DNA from: Oscillospiraceae bacterium
GTDB lineage: Bacteria > Bacillota > Clostridia > Oscillospirales > Ruminococcaceae
DNA length: 64,000 bases
Assembly (NCBI GenBank): GCA_017472735.1
Contig: JAFUOD010000002.1
Coordinates: 68,226 to 132,225 of the forward strand
Reading direction: 5' to 3'
Position 1 is the stretch's first letter. Every line of letters starts with the position of its first letter. The position numbers and the translations under genes are program-made. Below, piece by piece: positions 1-8,387 of this stretch. The notes beneath the pieces are model-generated. The model saw only the letters and a program-made list of their open reading frames with translations, had not been told where the DNA came from and did no database searches.

Positions 1-1012
1 CGTTTGCAGTGTCAAGCTTGCCCATGTTTTCAAGAAGGGAAACGCTCTGATAAAGAATGTAGTACTTGTCTGCAAATTTATGCAAATGAGTATGATTGTT
101 CGAGAAAGGATAACCGTAAGTGTTGGGGTTGGTCAAATATTCTCCGCCGTATTTCCAGTCATCAGGGTTAAGGGGGTCGCCCGAGCAGAGCATATAGCAC
201 ATCGAGCAGGTCTTAGAGGGTGTGCCAAGGTCAGCGGTCCACTTGTCTCGCTCACCATAGTTCGAGCAGTATGTCAAAACATAGGTGCCGTTAATATAAT
301 TAAGCTCGTTAGCCTCGAAATGGTGAACAGCAGGCACCTTAATAAAGTCACTGTCTAAAGAAACCATGTCTGTACCAAGCTTAACTAAACGGCAGTTACC
401 TGTATACATCGAGGTCTCGCCTTCGTGCATGGGTCCGCCGCCGCCAAAAGCAAGCCAGCCCACACCATTGTCGTCTATTACAACGCCGGGGTCGAAGCAC
501 CAGCAAACAGGGTCGTCACCAAGCATGCCGTTGTGAACAAGAGCCTTGCCGATGGGGTCGCTCCAAGGTCCTGTGGGCGAGTCAGAGGTCAAAACACCAA
601 CGCCGCCGCCGGAGTTGCAGAAGTAAAGATAGAACTCAGTCTTGCCGTCAACCTCTCTGGAAACGATTGAAGGTGCCCACGAGCAGCCTGCCCATGTTGC
701 GATTTTTGTAACAGGAATGTCACCGTGATATGTCCAGTTGATAAGGTCTGCACTGGAATAGCAGAAAAGGGTATTGATTCCTCCATAGTGGTTTTCGCCT
801 TTTTCTCCGTTTACCTTAAACTGCTGAGAGTCGTTTGTGCCGTAAACATAAAGTCTGCCGTTGTATTCAACGCTTGTAGGGTCTGCAAAGAAAATGTTTG
901 AAGAAATAGGGTTGTTTTCTTCAGCAGGCTTGTAAGACTTTGAGAGCTTGCTGATTTTAAGCCCTAAGTCTTTGCAGGGTGTAAGTTTCTCGGAAATTGT
1001 GAAGTTTGTCAT
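1..1012 (-). CDS. Glycoside hydrolase family 43 (arabinofuranosidase/xylosidase-like); C-terminal part lies outside the window
   Basis: Absent from the ORF track because it is open at the window edge. My translation from the ATG (complement of 1010-1012, AGGAG RBS upstream) reads MTNFTISEKL..FFADPTSVEYNGRLYVYGTND..CSWAPSIV..FDPGVVIDDNG, which is GH43-like. Confidence 0.7.
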   Translation of the reverse strand, partial: MTNFTISEKLTPCKDLGLKISKLSKSYKPAEENNPISSNIFFADPTSVEYNGRLYVYGTNDSQQFKVNGEKGENHYGGINTLFCYSSADLINWTYHGDIPVTKIATWAGCSWAPSIVSREVDGKTEFYLYFCNSGGGVGVLTSDSPTGPWSDPIGKALVHNGMLGDDPVCWCFDPGVVIDDNGVGWLAFGGGGPMHEGETSMYTGNCRLVKLGTDMVSLDSDFIKVPAVHHFEANELNYINGTYVLTYCSNYGERDKWTADLGTPSKTCSMCYMLCSGDPLNPDDWKYGGEYLTNPNTYGYPFSNNHTHLHKFADKYYILYQSVSLLENMGKLDTAN

Positions 1013-1193
1013 TTTGGGTCTCCTGTCGGTTTATTGTTATATGGTGCTGAAAAAGCGATTCAGGCAATGCCGTCTGCACTCTTTGCAGTACTAATACAAT
1101 AAATATAGCATTTTGTTTACAGGAAGTAAATAACTTTGTTGTAAAAAGCAATAAATCCCCCTTAATTAAGAGGGATTTATCAATCTTTTTCAA

Positions 1194-2468
1194 CTATTTA
1201 TCGTCTGCTTTCGCTTTTTCCTGCGCCCAAAGGTTAATAAGTGTGCGATATGCCTCGTCGCCCATTCTCTCATAACCTGCGCTGTTAGGGTGCAGCCAGT
1301 CGCCCGTAGCATAAATCGCCTGCATCTGGTCAAGGTCTGTTTCCGAAGCCAGCGCCATCGACATATCTATAACTCCGTCAAATCCGCTTTCCTCCGAAAG
1401 TATATATTCGTTCACCTTGTCTCTTATAAGCTCATGCAGTTCCGAATAATATCCGGGGTGACCCTTTGTGGGCGCTAATGTGCAGGCATAGATCTTGATG
1501 CCTTTTTCACGGCACTTTTCAATCATAACTTTATATTCGTTAATAATATCCTCGGAAATATCAGCCTGTGCATAGCCAATGTCGTTAATGCCAATCATAA
1601 CAACAACATATCTTACGCCCGAAACATTCAAAACGTCTCGCTCAAATCTGTCCTTAGCCGCCTGACCTACTCCTCCGAAAACAGCGTTGCCGCTTATTGC
1701 GGTGTTGGCAATGCTAAGGTTTTGGGTTTCGGGGTTTTCCTGAAGCTTTTGTGCCAGAACCTCGGGCCAAGTGTCAAAGCCGTTATATGTTGCACCAACG
1801 CCATCGGTTATCGAGTCGCCAAAACAAACAATCGTTTTTGTTCCTGCCTCGGCATAGGTCTCAACTCGCGAGAGGAAGTACCAGCAGTTTTTAAAGCTCA
1901 TTGTGGTAAAGGTTTCGCTTGAAACCTGATCGCCCTCGGTTATCCACGAGGTACACAGTGATTCACGGTGAACAGTAAGGTCGCTCGGCACATATTTTCC
2001 GAATTTTATTGTAACTGCCAAAAGGTCTAAAGCATCAAAGCTAAAGTTGATTTCATCGGTGGTTAAAGTAGCTCCTGCCTCAATTTTGGCAGTAGTCTCT
2101 CCGCTGTTAAAGGTAACAACTGTGTCTGTCGAGGTGTCAATTGTCGGGTTGCCCTCGCTTACAAGCTTGGCGATGTGAATTGAATCTATTAAAACAGGCA
2201 AGTTGCCATATTCATTCGAGAATGTAAGCCTGATCTTATCTCCTCCGATGGAAACCTTTATTTGCTGTCTTAAAGTGTTTTCTTTAAGCTTTGGGTTAGT
2301 GGGCACAGCGTCATCAGTAGGGGATATTGACTGCGTTGCAGCCGCCCATGTTGTAAACCAGCCTGCTTCATCGGGTATAACAACTTCCTTTTCGCCGCAA
2401 GCGGTAAGTAACGAAAGGGCTGTTACCAATGCTAAAGCAAGGCTTATAAGTCTTTTCAATTCTAACAT
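1194..2468 (-). CDS. SGNH/GDSL-family hydrolase lipoprotein (probable carbohydrate esterase)
   Basis: Carries the FGDSITDG block and a GINDIG block. Lipobox LLTAC follows MLELKRL. An AAGGAG RBS precedes the internal ATG at 2468, so I trimmed the track ORF 1194-2522. Confidence 0.8.
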   Translation of the reverse strand: MLELKRLISLALALVTALSLLTACGEKEVVIPDEAGWFTTWAAATQSISPTDDAVPTNPKLKENTLRQQIKVSIGGDKIRLTFSNEYGNLPVLIDSIHIAKLVSEGNPTIDTSTDTVVTFNSGETTAKIEAGATLTTDEINFSFDALDLLAVTIKFGKYVPSDLTVHRESLCTSWITEGDQVSSETFTTMSFKNCWYFLSRVETYAEAGTKTIVCFGDSITDGVGATYNGFDTWPEVLAQKLQENPETQNLSIANTAISGNAVFGGVGQAAKDRFERDVLNVSGVRYVVVMIGINDIGYAQADISEDIINEYKVMIEKCREKGIKIYACTLAPTKGHPGYYSELHELIRDKVNEYILSEESGFDGVIDMSMALASETDLDQMQAIYATGDWLHPNSAGYERMGDEAYRTLINLWAQEKAKADDK

Positions 2469-2548
2469 ATAATTCGACTCCTTTCGAGCTGTTAATGCAA
2501 TTATATCAAAAGTTAAAGGCAAAGTAAAGCATTTAAGACGGCAAATTA

Positions 2549-2577
2549 TTGACTTAACCGTTTAATAAAGTTATAAT
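2549..2577 (+). promoter_or_regulatory. Sigma-70-type promoter candidate for the PHP/GT2/YfhO operon
   Basis: TTGACT (2549-2554), 17-nt spacer, TATAAT (2572-2577). Confidence 0.55.
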
Positions 2578-2648
2578 AAATATGTATAGCTTTATGCTGA
2601 TTAAATCAGCTGTTTAATCTGATAATGAATTTAAGAGGAGGACTAAGC

Positions 2649-3446
2649 ATGGAACTTTACAAATATGATACTCACGTACACACCTCACAGGGCTCGGCTT
2701 GCTCGACTTGGAAGGGCTCCTCTATTGTTGAAAGACTGCACGAGCTTGGCTATTCGGGCTGCTTTATAACCGACCATTTCTTTAACGGCAACTCGGCTGT
2801 TGACAGAAGCCTGCCGTGGGACGTTAAGATCCACCTTTTCTGTCAGGGTTATGAAGACGCGAAGAAAAGAGGCGACGAGCTTGGTTTTCAGGTGTTCTTC
2901 GGCTGGGAATTTGCAATGAACGGTACTGAGTTTTTGACATATGGATTGGATAAGCAGTTCCTTTTGGATAACCCCGAAATTATGCAGATGCCTTTGGAAA
3001 GATATGCCGACTTTGTTCACGAAAAGGGCGGTTTTATCGTTCATGCGCACCCCTTCCGCGAGGCTTGGTATATACCGCTTGTAAGACTTTATCCTAAAAG
3101 TGTTGATGGTATAGAGGGTATAAACTGCGGAAATTCGCCTGAGCAAAACGAACGTGCTCAATGGTACGGCAAATCATATAACCTTCCCATCGTGGGCGGA
3201 ACTGACGCTCATAACCTGTGGAACTATCATTCGGGCGGTATTGCGCTTGATGAAAAGCTTACCTGCGCTCACGATTATTTAGACAGACTAAGAAATTTCA
3301 GAATCACAAAGGTTTTAGAGCCTTCAAATGCGGCACACCTGCCTTGGCCCGAGGATGCAGGAAGCTATGCTGTCAGAAACAGCATTGAACTTTTGAATGA
3401 TGAAATGAAGCAAAAGGCAATTGATTTTTTGAACTCTCAGAAATAA
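2649..3446 (+). CDS. PHP-domain metal-dependent phosphoesterase
   Basis: N-terminal YDTHVHTSQGSAC motif and later HAHPFRE and GGTDAH motifs. GAGGAGG RBS precedes the ATG at 2649. Confidence 0.7.
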   Translation: MELYKYDTHVHTSQGSACSTWKGSSIVERLHELGYSGCFITDHFFNGNSAVDRSLPWDVKIHLFCQGYEDAKKRGDELGFQVFFGWEFAMNGTEFLTYGLDKQFLLDNPEIMQMPLERYADFVHEKGGFIVHAHPFREAWYIPLVRLYPKSVDGIEGINCGNSPEQNERAQWYGKSYNLPIVGGTDAHNLWNYHSGGIALDEKLTCAHDYLDRLRNFRITKVLEPSNAAHLPWPEDAGSYAVRNSIELLNDEMKQKAIDFLNSQK

Positions 3447-3468
3447 AAAGAATTTGAAAGAGGTAGCA

Positions 3469-4389
3469 ATGCTTTCGGTTATTTTACCCTCGTTTAACGA
3501 GGAGGACAATATTTCAAACACCGCCGCAGTTATAGGCGGCATGCTTGAAAAGAATAAAATTGAATATGAGCTGATTTTTGTTGACGACGGCTCGCGTGAT
3601 GCCTCGTGGAAAGCAATATGCGAGGAAGCCAAGAAAAGCCCGAATGTCAGAGGGCTTTGCTTTAGCCGCAACTTCGGCAAAGAGGGCGCAATTTTTGCAG
3701 GCCTTAAGGCGGCAAAGGGCGACTGCGCCGTTGTTATGGACTGCGACCTTCAGCACCCGCCTAAAACCGTTTTGGAAATGTATGAAAAATGGCTTAACGG
3801 TGCCGAGGTAGTTGAGGGCAAAAAGCGCTCACGCGGAAAAGAAAGCTCGGCTTACGGCGGTTTATCAAAGCTTTTTTATAAGCTGATAAAGTCGGCGTCG
3901 GGTATTGATATGATAGACACCTCGGACTTTAAGCTTTTGGACAGAAAGGTTATTAACGCACTTTTAGACCTGCCCGAAAGAATTACGTTCTTCAGAGCTT
4001 TGTCGGGCTGGGTAGGGTTTAAGACCGAGACCGTATGGTTCGACGTTGCACCCCGTGCTTACGGCGAAAGAAAATGGACGACCAAAATGCTTTTGGGCTA
4101 TGCAATAAGAAACCTTTCAAGCTTCACGGGTCTGCCGCTTTACATTTCGACAGCCTTGGGACTTTTAGTAATTTTAGCCGCTGTTGTAATGTGGATACTT
4201 TTGCTTTGCGGCGTGAGCCTTGGTTCGTTTAATGCGGCAAATGCGGCAATTTTGTTTGTTTTGGGCTTGATTTTAGAAACCGTTGGTATTTTAAGCTATT
4301 ACGTTTCACGGATCTACGAGGAGATCAAAAACCGCCCGAGATATATAATTTCCAAAACTACCGATGATTTAATAACCCCGGAGGATTAA
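3469..4389 (+). CDS. Family 2 glycosyltransferase, polyprenyl-phosphate sugar transferase type (CsbB/GtrB-like)
   Basis: LSVILPSFNEE..FVDDGSRD..DCDLQHPP motifs plus two C-terminal transmembrane helices. Confidence 0.8.
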   Translation: MLSVILPSFNEEDNISNTAAVIGGMLEKNKIEYELIFVDDGSRDASWKAICEEAKKSPNVRGLCFSRNFGKEGAIFAGLKAAKGDCAVVMDCDLQHPPKTVLEMYEKWLNGAEVVEGKKRSRGKESSAYGGLSKLFYKLIKSASGIDMIDTSDFKLLDRKVINALLDLPERITFFRALSGWVGFKTETVWFDVAPRAYGERKWTTKMLLGYAIRNLSSFTGLPLYISTALGLLVILAAVVMWILLLCGVSLGSFNAANAAILFVLGLILETVGILSYYVSRIYEEIKNRPRYIISKTTDDLITPED

Positions 4390-7200
4390 ATGACTGAAAA
4401 CGAGATAAATTTTAACGTGCAGGAGAAAGCGGCAGAGGCTGCCGAGCTTACTCCTCCCAAAAAGCAATGGTATGCAAGGTTTTTAGAGGATACACCTATA
4501 GGCAGGTTTATTTATCGCCATCGAATGGGACTTATGACCTTCTTTATCCCTGTCGCCATTATGTATTTGATCTATTCCTGCTTTGGCGTTCACCCTTACG
4601 GCGATATGTCGGCGCTGGTTTTAGACCTTAACGGGCAGTATGTTTCTTATTACGAAATGCTTCGTGACGCCATTTGGGGAGACGGAAGCTTAATTTACAG
4701 CTGGTCACGCAACCTAAGCGGCGAGACAATGGGCATTTTCGGTTATTATCTTGCAAGCCCGTTTATGTGGATAATTGTACTTTTGCCCCGAACCATGATG
4801 TGCGGTGCGATCGAGATCATGCAGCTTGCAAAGGTTGGCTGCTGCGGTCTGGCATTTGCTTATTATTTAAGAAAAAGCAAAAACGCAAGCGACTCCTCGC
4901 AGGTTATTTTCTCTGTAAGCTATGCTTTAATGACCTATATCGTAGTTGAGCTTATGAACCCCATGTGGATAGACGGCATGATTTGGCTGCCTGTTATTCT
5001 TTTGGGAATTGAGCGCTTGATTGACGAGGGCAAGATGCTTCCTTTCATTCTTCCGCTTTCTATCATGTTCATGTCGCACTTCTACATTGGCTACATGATA
5101 GGCTTTTTCTCGGCGCTTTACTTTGTATACTATATCTTCTCCCGCCCCGGGCATATTGTAGCCCCCGGCTTTATTAAAGCAGGCTTTAAGTTTGCGGCAA
5201 GCGCAATTGTTTCGGTGCTTTCAAGCTGTATAATCTTAATTCCGGTCTATTCGTCTTTAAGCCTTGGCAAGCTCGATTTTTCAGAGCCCAGCTTTGCGCT
5301 TAAAACACAGTTCAACATCTATGAATTTATAACAAAGCTGTTTGCAAACAGCTATGATACCGTTAAGCCCGAGGGCTTGCCAATGATAGCCTGCGGCACG
5401 ATAGTCCTTTTGCTTATTCCTTTGTTCTTCTTAAACACAAAAATAAGCGCAAAGGAGAAGATCTCAAGTGCGCTGCTTCTTTTGGCAGTGTTCGGCAGTA
5501 TGTATGTTTCCACCGTCGATATCGCTTGGCACGGTTTTCAGGTGCCAAACTGGCTGCCTTACCGCTATTCGTTCACATTCTCGTTCATCATGCTCATTAT
5601 GGCGTTCAGAGCGTTTGAGAACTTAGAGGGAGTATCCTTTAAAGAGATCTGCGTGACCTCGTTTGCCTGGGTTTGTGTTCTGGCAGTTTTGGCACAGCAG
5701 GAATATGAGCATATGTACCTTTGGGAAACAGTGTGGTACAGCGTTTTGGCAATCGCAATTTTTGCCGCACTCATCTTCTTGACAAAGAAGTATAACGAAG
5801 GCTGGATGAAGCTTATTGTTGCTGTCTTTGTCTGTATCGAGGTCTTCATTAACGGCTTATACACCGTCTGGTCGATAGATTACGATGTTGTTTACTCTAC
5901 TTATTCATCTTATCAGGATTACTTTATCGACGGCAGAGAGATAGTTTCTCAGGTTGAAGAGGCTGATGATGGACTATACCGAATGGAAAAGACCTTCCAC
6001 CGCACGGTTAACGACCCGATGGGAATGGGCTTTGCGGGAATCTCGCACTCAAGCTCGACAATGAACACCCCTGTTTTAAAAATGCTTAAGACTTTGGGCT
6101 ATGGAATGCAGGGGCATTATACCAAATATACGGGAGATACTGTAGTTACCGATTCGCTGTTTGGCATTAAATACATTATGTATAAGCCCGACAAGATCAC
6201 TCCCTCGCCCGACCCCAGAGAATTAAGCCGTCAGGAATATCAGAACGAGCTGAAAAAGCCTGCCGATGTTTACAGCGTTTACCTCACGCCCGAGGATACG
6301 GGTGTTGAGGACATAACCGTTTATGAAAACCCTTACGCCTTGTCGATCGGTTACATGGTCAACAGCGATATTTTAGAATGTGTTTTAGACTCGAATGACC
6401 CAATTACCAACCAGCAAAAGCTGTTAAAGGCAATGACAGGCAAGGGCTCGACAAGCGTATTCAAGCGTATTTACCCCTATTTCACCGATACGACCAACTG
6501 CACCACCGCAACAACGGGCGACCACATTATGTATACCACCACGGTCGAGGGCAAGGACAGTTATGTTGAATTTACGATCAAAGTAGATAACAGCTATCCG
6601 ATGTATGCATTCTTCCCGACGATTTATCAGCGTCAGTGCAATATGTGGATAAAAGCTGATTCGTGGGAAATTGTTAACTACGCTTTTTGCGATTACTTCT
6701 TTACAGGCGAGCATTACAGCATTTTAGACCTTGGTTCTTATGAAGAGGGCGAGACCGTTAAGCTTAGAATGACTCTTGCAAACGGCGAGGCTATCTTCTC
6801 GGACGTTCTTATCTATTATCTTGATACGGACGAGTATGCAAACGAGGTTTATACAAAGCTCGCAGACGAGCAGTGGGACATTACCGAGCACACTGACACA
6901 CATCTTTTGGGTACAGTTAATGTGCAAGAGGACGGCGTTTTGTTCACGACTATTCCTTATGAGCCCGGATGGACTATTTTAGTCGACGGCAAGGAGACCG
7001 AGCCTGTTAAGCTTTTAGATTCGCTTATTGGTTTAGAGCTTACGGCGGGTGAGCACACCGTTGAAATGACCTTCTGGCCCGATTACCTCACCCTTGCAAT
7101 AATTGTTGAGCTTGTCGGCTTGTCGTTTATCGGTATTATTGCTGTTTTTGAGGTTAAAAACGGAGCACTCATTAAAAAAATACTTGAAAAGACAAAGTGA
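4390..7200 (+). CDS. YfhO-family polytopic membrane glycosyltransferase
   Basis: 936 aa. The N-terminal half has many TM helices, followed by a large extracytoplasmic domain and a C-terminal TM. It is translationally coupled to the upstream GT2, as in CsbB-YfhO pairs. Confidence 0.75.
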   Translation: MTENEINFNVQEKAAEAAELTPPKKQWYARFLEDTPIGRFIYRHRMGLMTFFIPVAIMYLIYSCFGVHPYGDMSALVLDLNGQYVSYYEMLRDAIWGDGSLIYSWSRNLSGETMGIFGYYLASPFMWIIVLLPRTMMCGAIEIMQLAKVGCCGLAFAYYLRKSKNASDSSQVIFSVSYALMTYIVVELMNPMWIDGMIWLPVILLGIERLIDEGKMLPFILPLSIMFMSHFYIGYMIGFFSALYFVYYIFSRPGHIVAPGFIKAGFKFAASAIVSVLSSCIILIPVYSSLSLGKLDFSEPSFALKTQFNIYEFITKLFANSYDTVKPEGLPMIACGTIVLLLIPLFFLNTKISAKEKISSALLLLAVFGSMYVSTVDIAWHGFQVPNWLPYRYSFTFSFIMLIMAFRAFENLEGVSFKEICVTSFAWVCVLAVLAQQEYEHMYLWETVWYSVLAIAIFAALIFLTKKYNEGWMKLIVAVFVCIEVFINGLYTVWSIDYDVVYSTYSSYQDYFIDGREIVSQVEEADDGLYRMEKTFHRTVNDPMGMGFAGISHSSSTMNTPVLKMLKTLGYGMQGHYTKYTGDTVVTDSLFGIKYIMYKPDKITPSPDPRELSRQEYQNELKKPADVYSVYLTPEDTGVEDITVYENPYALSIGYMVNSDILECVLDSNDPITNQQKLLKAMTGKGSTSVFKRIYPYFTDTTNCTTATTGDHIMYTTTVEGKDSYVEFTIKVDNSYPMYAFFPTIYQRQCNMWIKADSWEIVNYAFCDYFFTGEHYSILDLGSYEEGETVKLRMTLANGEAIFSDVLIYYLDTDEYANEVYTKLADEQWDITEHTDTHLLGTVNVQEDGVLFTTIPYEPGWTILVDGKETEPVKLLDSLIGLELTAGEHTVEMTFWPDYLTLAIIVELVGLSFIGIIAVFEVKNGALIKKILEKTK

Positions 7201-7265
7201 CTTGACCAAAGTAAAAAATAGTAGTAAACTATATATAGCAAAAAACATATTTGGAGGACGTAACT

Positions 7266-7838
7266 ATGAAATTTATTGTTGAAACTTCTGCACGTCACGT
7301 GCACGTTAGCGAAGCTGACCTTGAGACTTTGTTCGGCAAGGGCGCTAAGCTTACCCACAAAAAGGATCTCTCTCAGCCCGGCCAGTTTGCCTGCGAAGAA
7401 AGAGTAACCGTTGTTGGCCCCAAGAAGGAGATCGCAGGTGTATCTATCCTTGGTCCTTGCAGAAAGGAAACTCAGGTTGAGCTTTCTGCTACCGATGCTC
7501 GTTCCATTGGCATTACCGCCCCTGTAAGAGAATCCGGCGACCTTGAAGGCTCGGCACCTTGCAAGCTTGTAGGCCCTTGCGGAGAAGTTGAGCTTGAAAA
7601 GGGCGTAATCGTTGCAAAGCGCCATATTCACCTCACCCCCGAAGATGCTGCTGAACTTGGCGTAACAGATAAGGAAGTTGTTTGGGTTAAGCTTGAAACC
7701 GAAGGCAGAAGCGCAGTTTTGGGCGATGTTGTTTGCCGTGTAAGCCCCAGCTATGCAACTGCTATGCATATTGACACCGACGAATCAAACGCTGTCGGCG
7801 CCGGCAGAAACCAGATGGGCGAGATCGTTAAGCTTTAA
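7266..7838 (+). CDS. pduL: Phosphate propanoyl/acetyl-transferase PduL
   Basis: MKFIVETSARHVHVSEADLETLFG, with a second RHIHLTPEDA repeat typical of PduL. GGAGG RBS precedes the ATG at 7266. Confidence 0.85.
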   Translation: MKFIVETSARHVHVSEADLETLFGKGAKLTHKKDLSQPGQFACEERVTVVGPKKEIAGVSILGPCRKETQVELSATDARSIGITAPVRESGDLEGSAPCKLVGPCGEVELEKGVIVAKRHIHLTPEDAAELGVTDKEVVWVKLETEGRSAVLGDVVCRVSPSYATAMHIDTDESNAVGAGRNQMGEIVKL

Positions 7839-7855
7839 TTGAATCTAATAAGAGA

Positions 7856-7886
7856 GCCGTTTCGGATTTTTCGAGGCGGCTTTTTT
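7856..7886 (+). terminator. Rho-independent terminator of pduL
   Basis: 9-bp stem GCCGTTTCG/CGAGGCGGC (two G-U pairs) followed by TTTTTT. Confidence 0.7.
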
Positions 7887-7897
7887 GTTTATTAAAA

Positions 7898-8124
7898 GGT
7901 GCGCTCGCTTCGCTCGCCTAATGCGGCACTCGCCCGGCACCCCCTTTTTTCAAAAGGGGACAGCCGTGCAACGCCGCGCCACCCCACCCCCGCCCCACGC
8001 AAAGCGTGCGGCGCCCCCTCCCCGCGGGGAGGGGGCTGTGCGGCGAAGCCGCGCAGGGGGTGGGGCAAGCGGCGTGGTTGCCCTAAGGCAACAAGTGCCG
8101 CATATGCCGCCGAAGGCGGCAACC
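7898..8124. repeat. GC-rich nested-hairpin intergenic element, copy A (largest)
   Basis: Outer stem 7921-7929/8095-8103. Inner stem 7982-7991/8056-8065 encloses three hairpins, including a perfect 22-nt palindrome at 8014-8035. Further hairpins lie at 7941-7959 and about 8078-8094. Confidence 0.8.
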
Positions 8125-8132
8125 TTTAAGCT

Positions 8133-8169
8133 ACAAAAAGCCGTACCGCTTTAAAAGCAGTACGGCTTT
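8133..8169 (-). terminator. Rho-independent terminator of the feo operon
   Basis: Stem AAGCCGTAC (8138-8146)/GTACGGCTT (8160-8168), with a T-run on the minus strand (complement of CAAAAAG). Confidence 0.7.
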
Positions 8170-8203
8170 AAGTGTCGTATTTTTAAGAAGATAACTATTT
8201 AAA

Positions 8204-8374
8204 TCAATGCCCGTGACAATTGCCACTGTTGGGGCATCCCTTACAGCCGCAGCCGCAAGAAGATTTGCCCTGTTTTTTGTCCTTAACCATTTTAAATATG
8301 ATTGCAAACAGAATTACTGCAACAACCAGCAAAACGATTATCGAAGTGAGATTTTCTGTAATAAAACCCAACAT
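8204..8374 (-). CDS. FeoB-associated Cys-rich small membrane protein (56 aa)
   Basis: Below the ORF-track length cut-off. My translation is MLGFITENLTSIIVLLVVAVILFAIIFKMVKDKKQGKSSCGCGCKGCPNSGNCHGH. It starts 14 nt downstream of the feoB stop. Confidence 0.7.
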   Translation of the reverse strand: MLGFITENLTSIIVLLVVAVILFAIIFKMVKDKKQGKSSCGCGCKGCPNSGNCHGH

Positions 8375-8387
8375 TTTAAACCTCCGT

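Noticed and set aside
7885-8154. Three overlapping ORFs (76-89 aa on both strands) encoding Pro/Gly/Ala/Arg-rich peptides. Similar ORFs occur at 14226-14459, 22821-23054, 22932-23300 and 50047-50326.
   Set aside because: They lie entirely in the GC-rich palindromic elements. They are open in several frames and on both strands at once, have no RBS, and their amino-acid composition simply mirrors the GC-rich hairpins.
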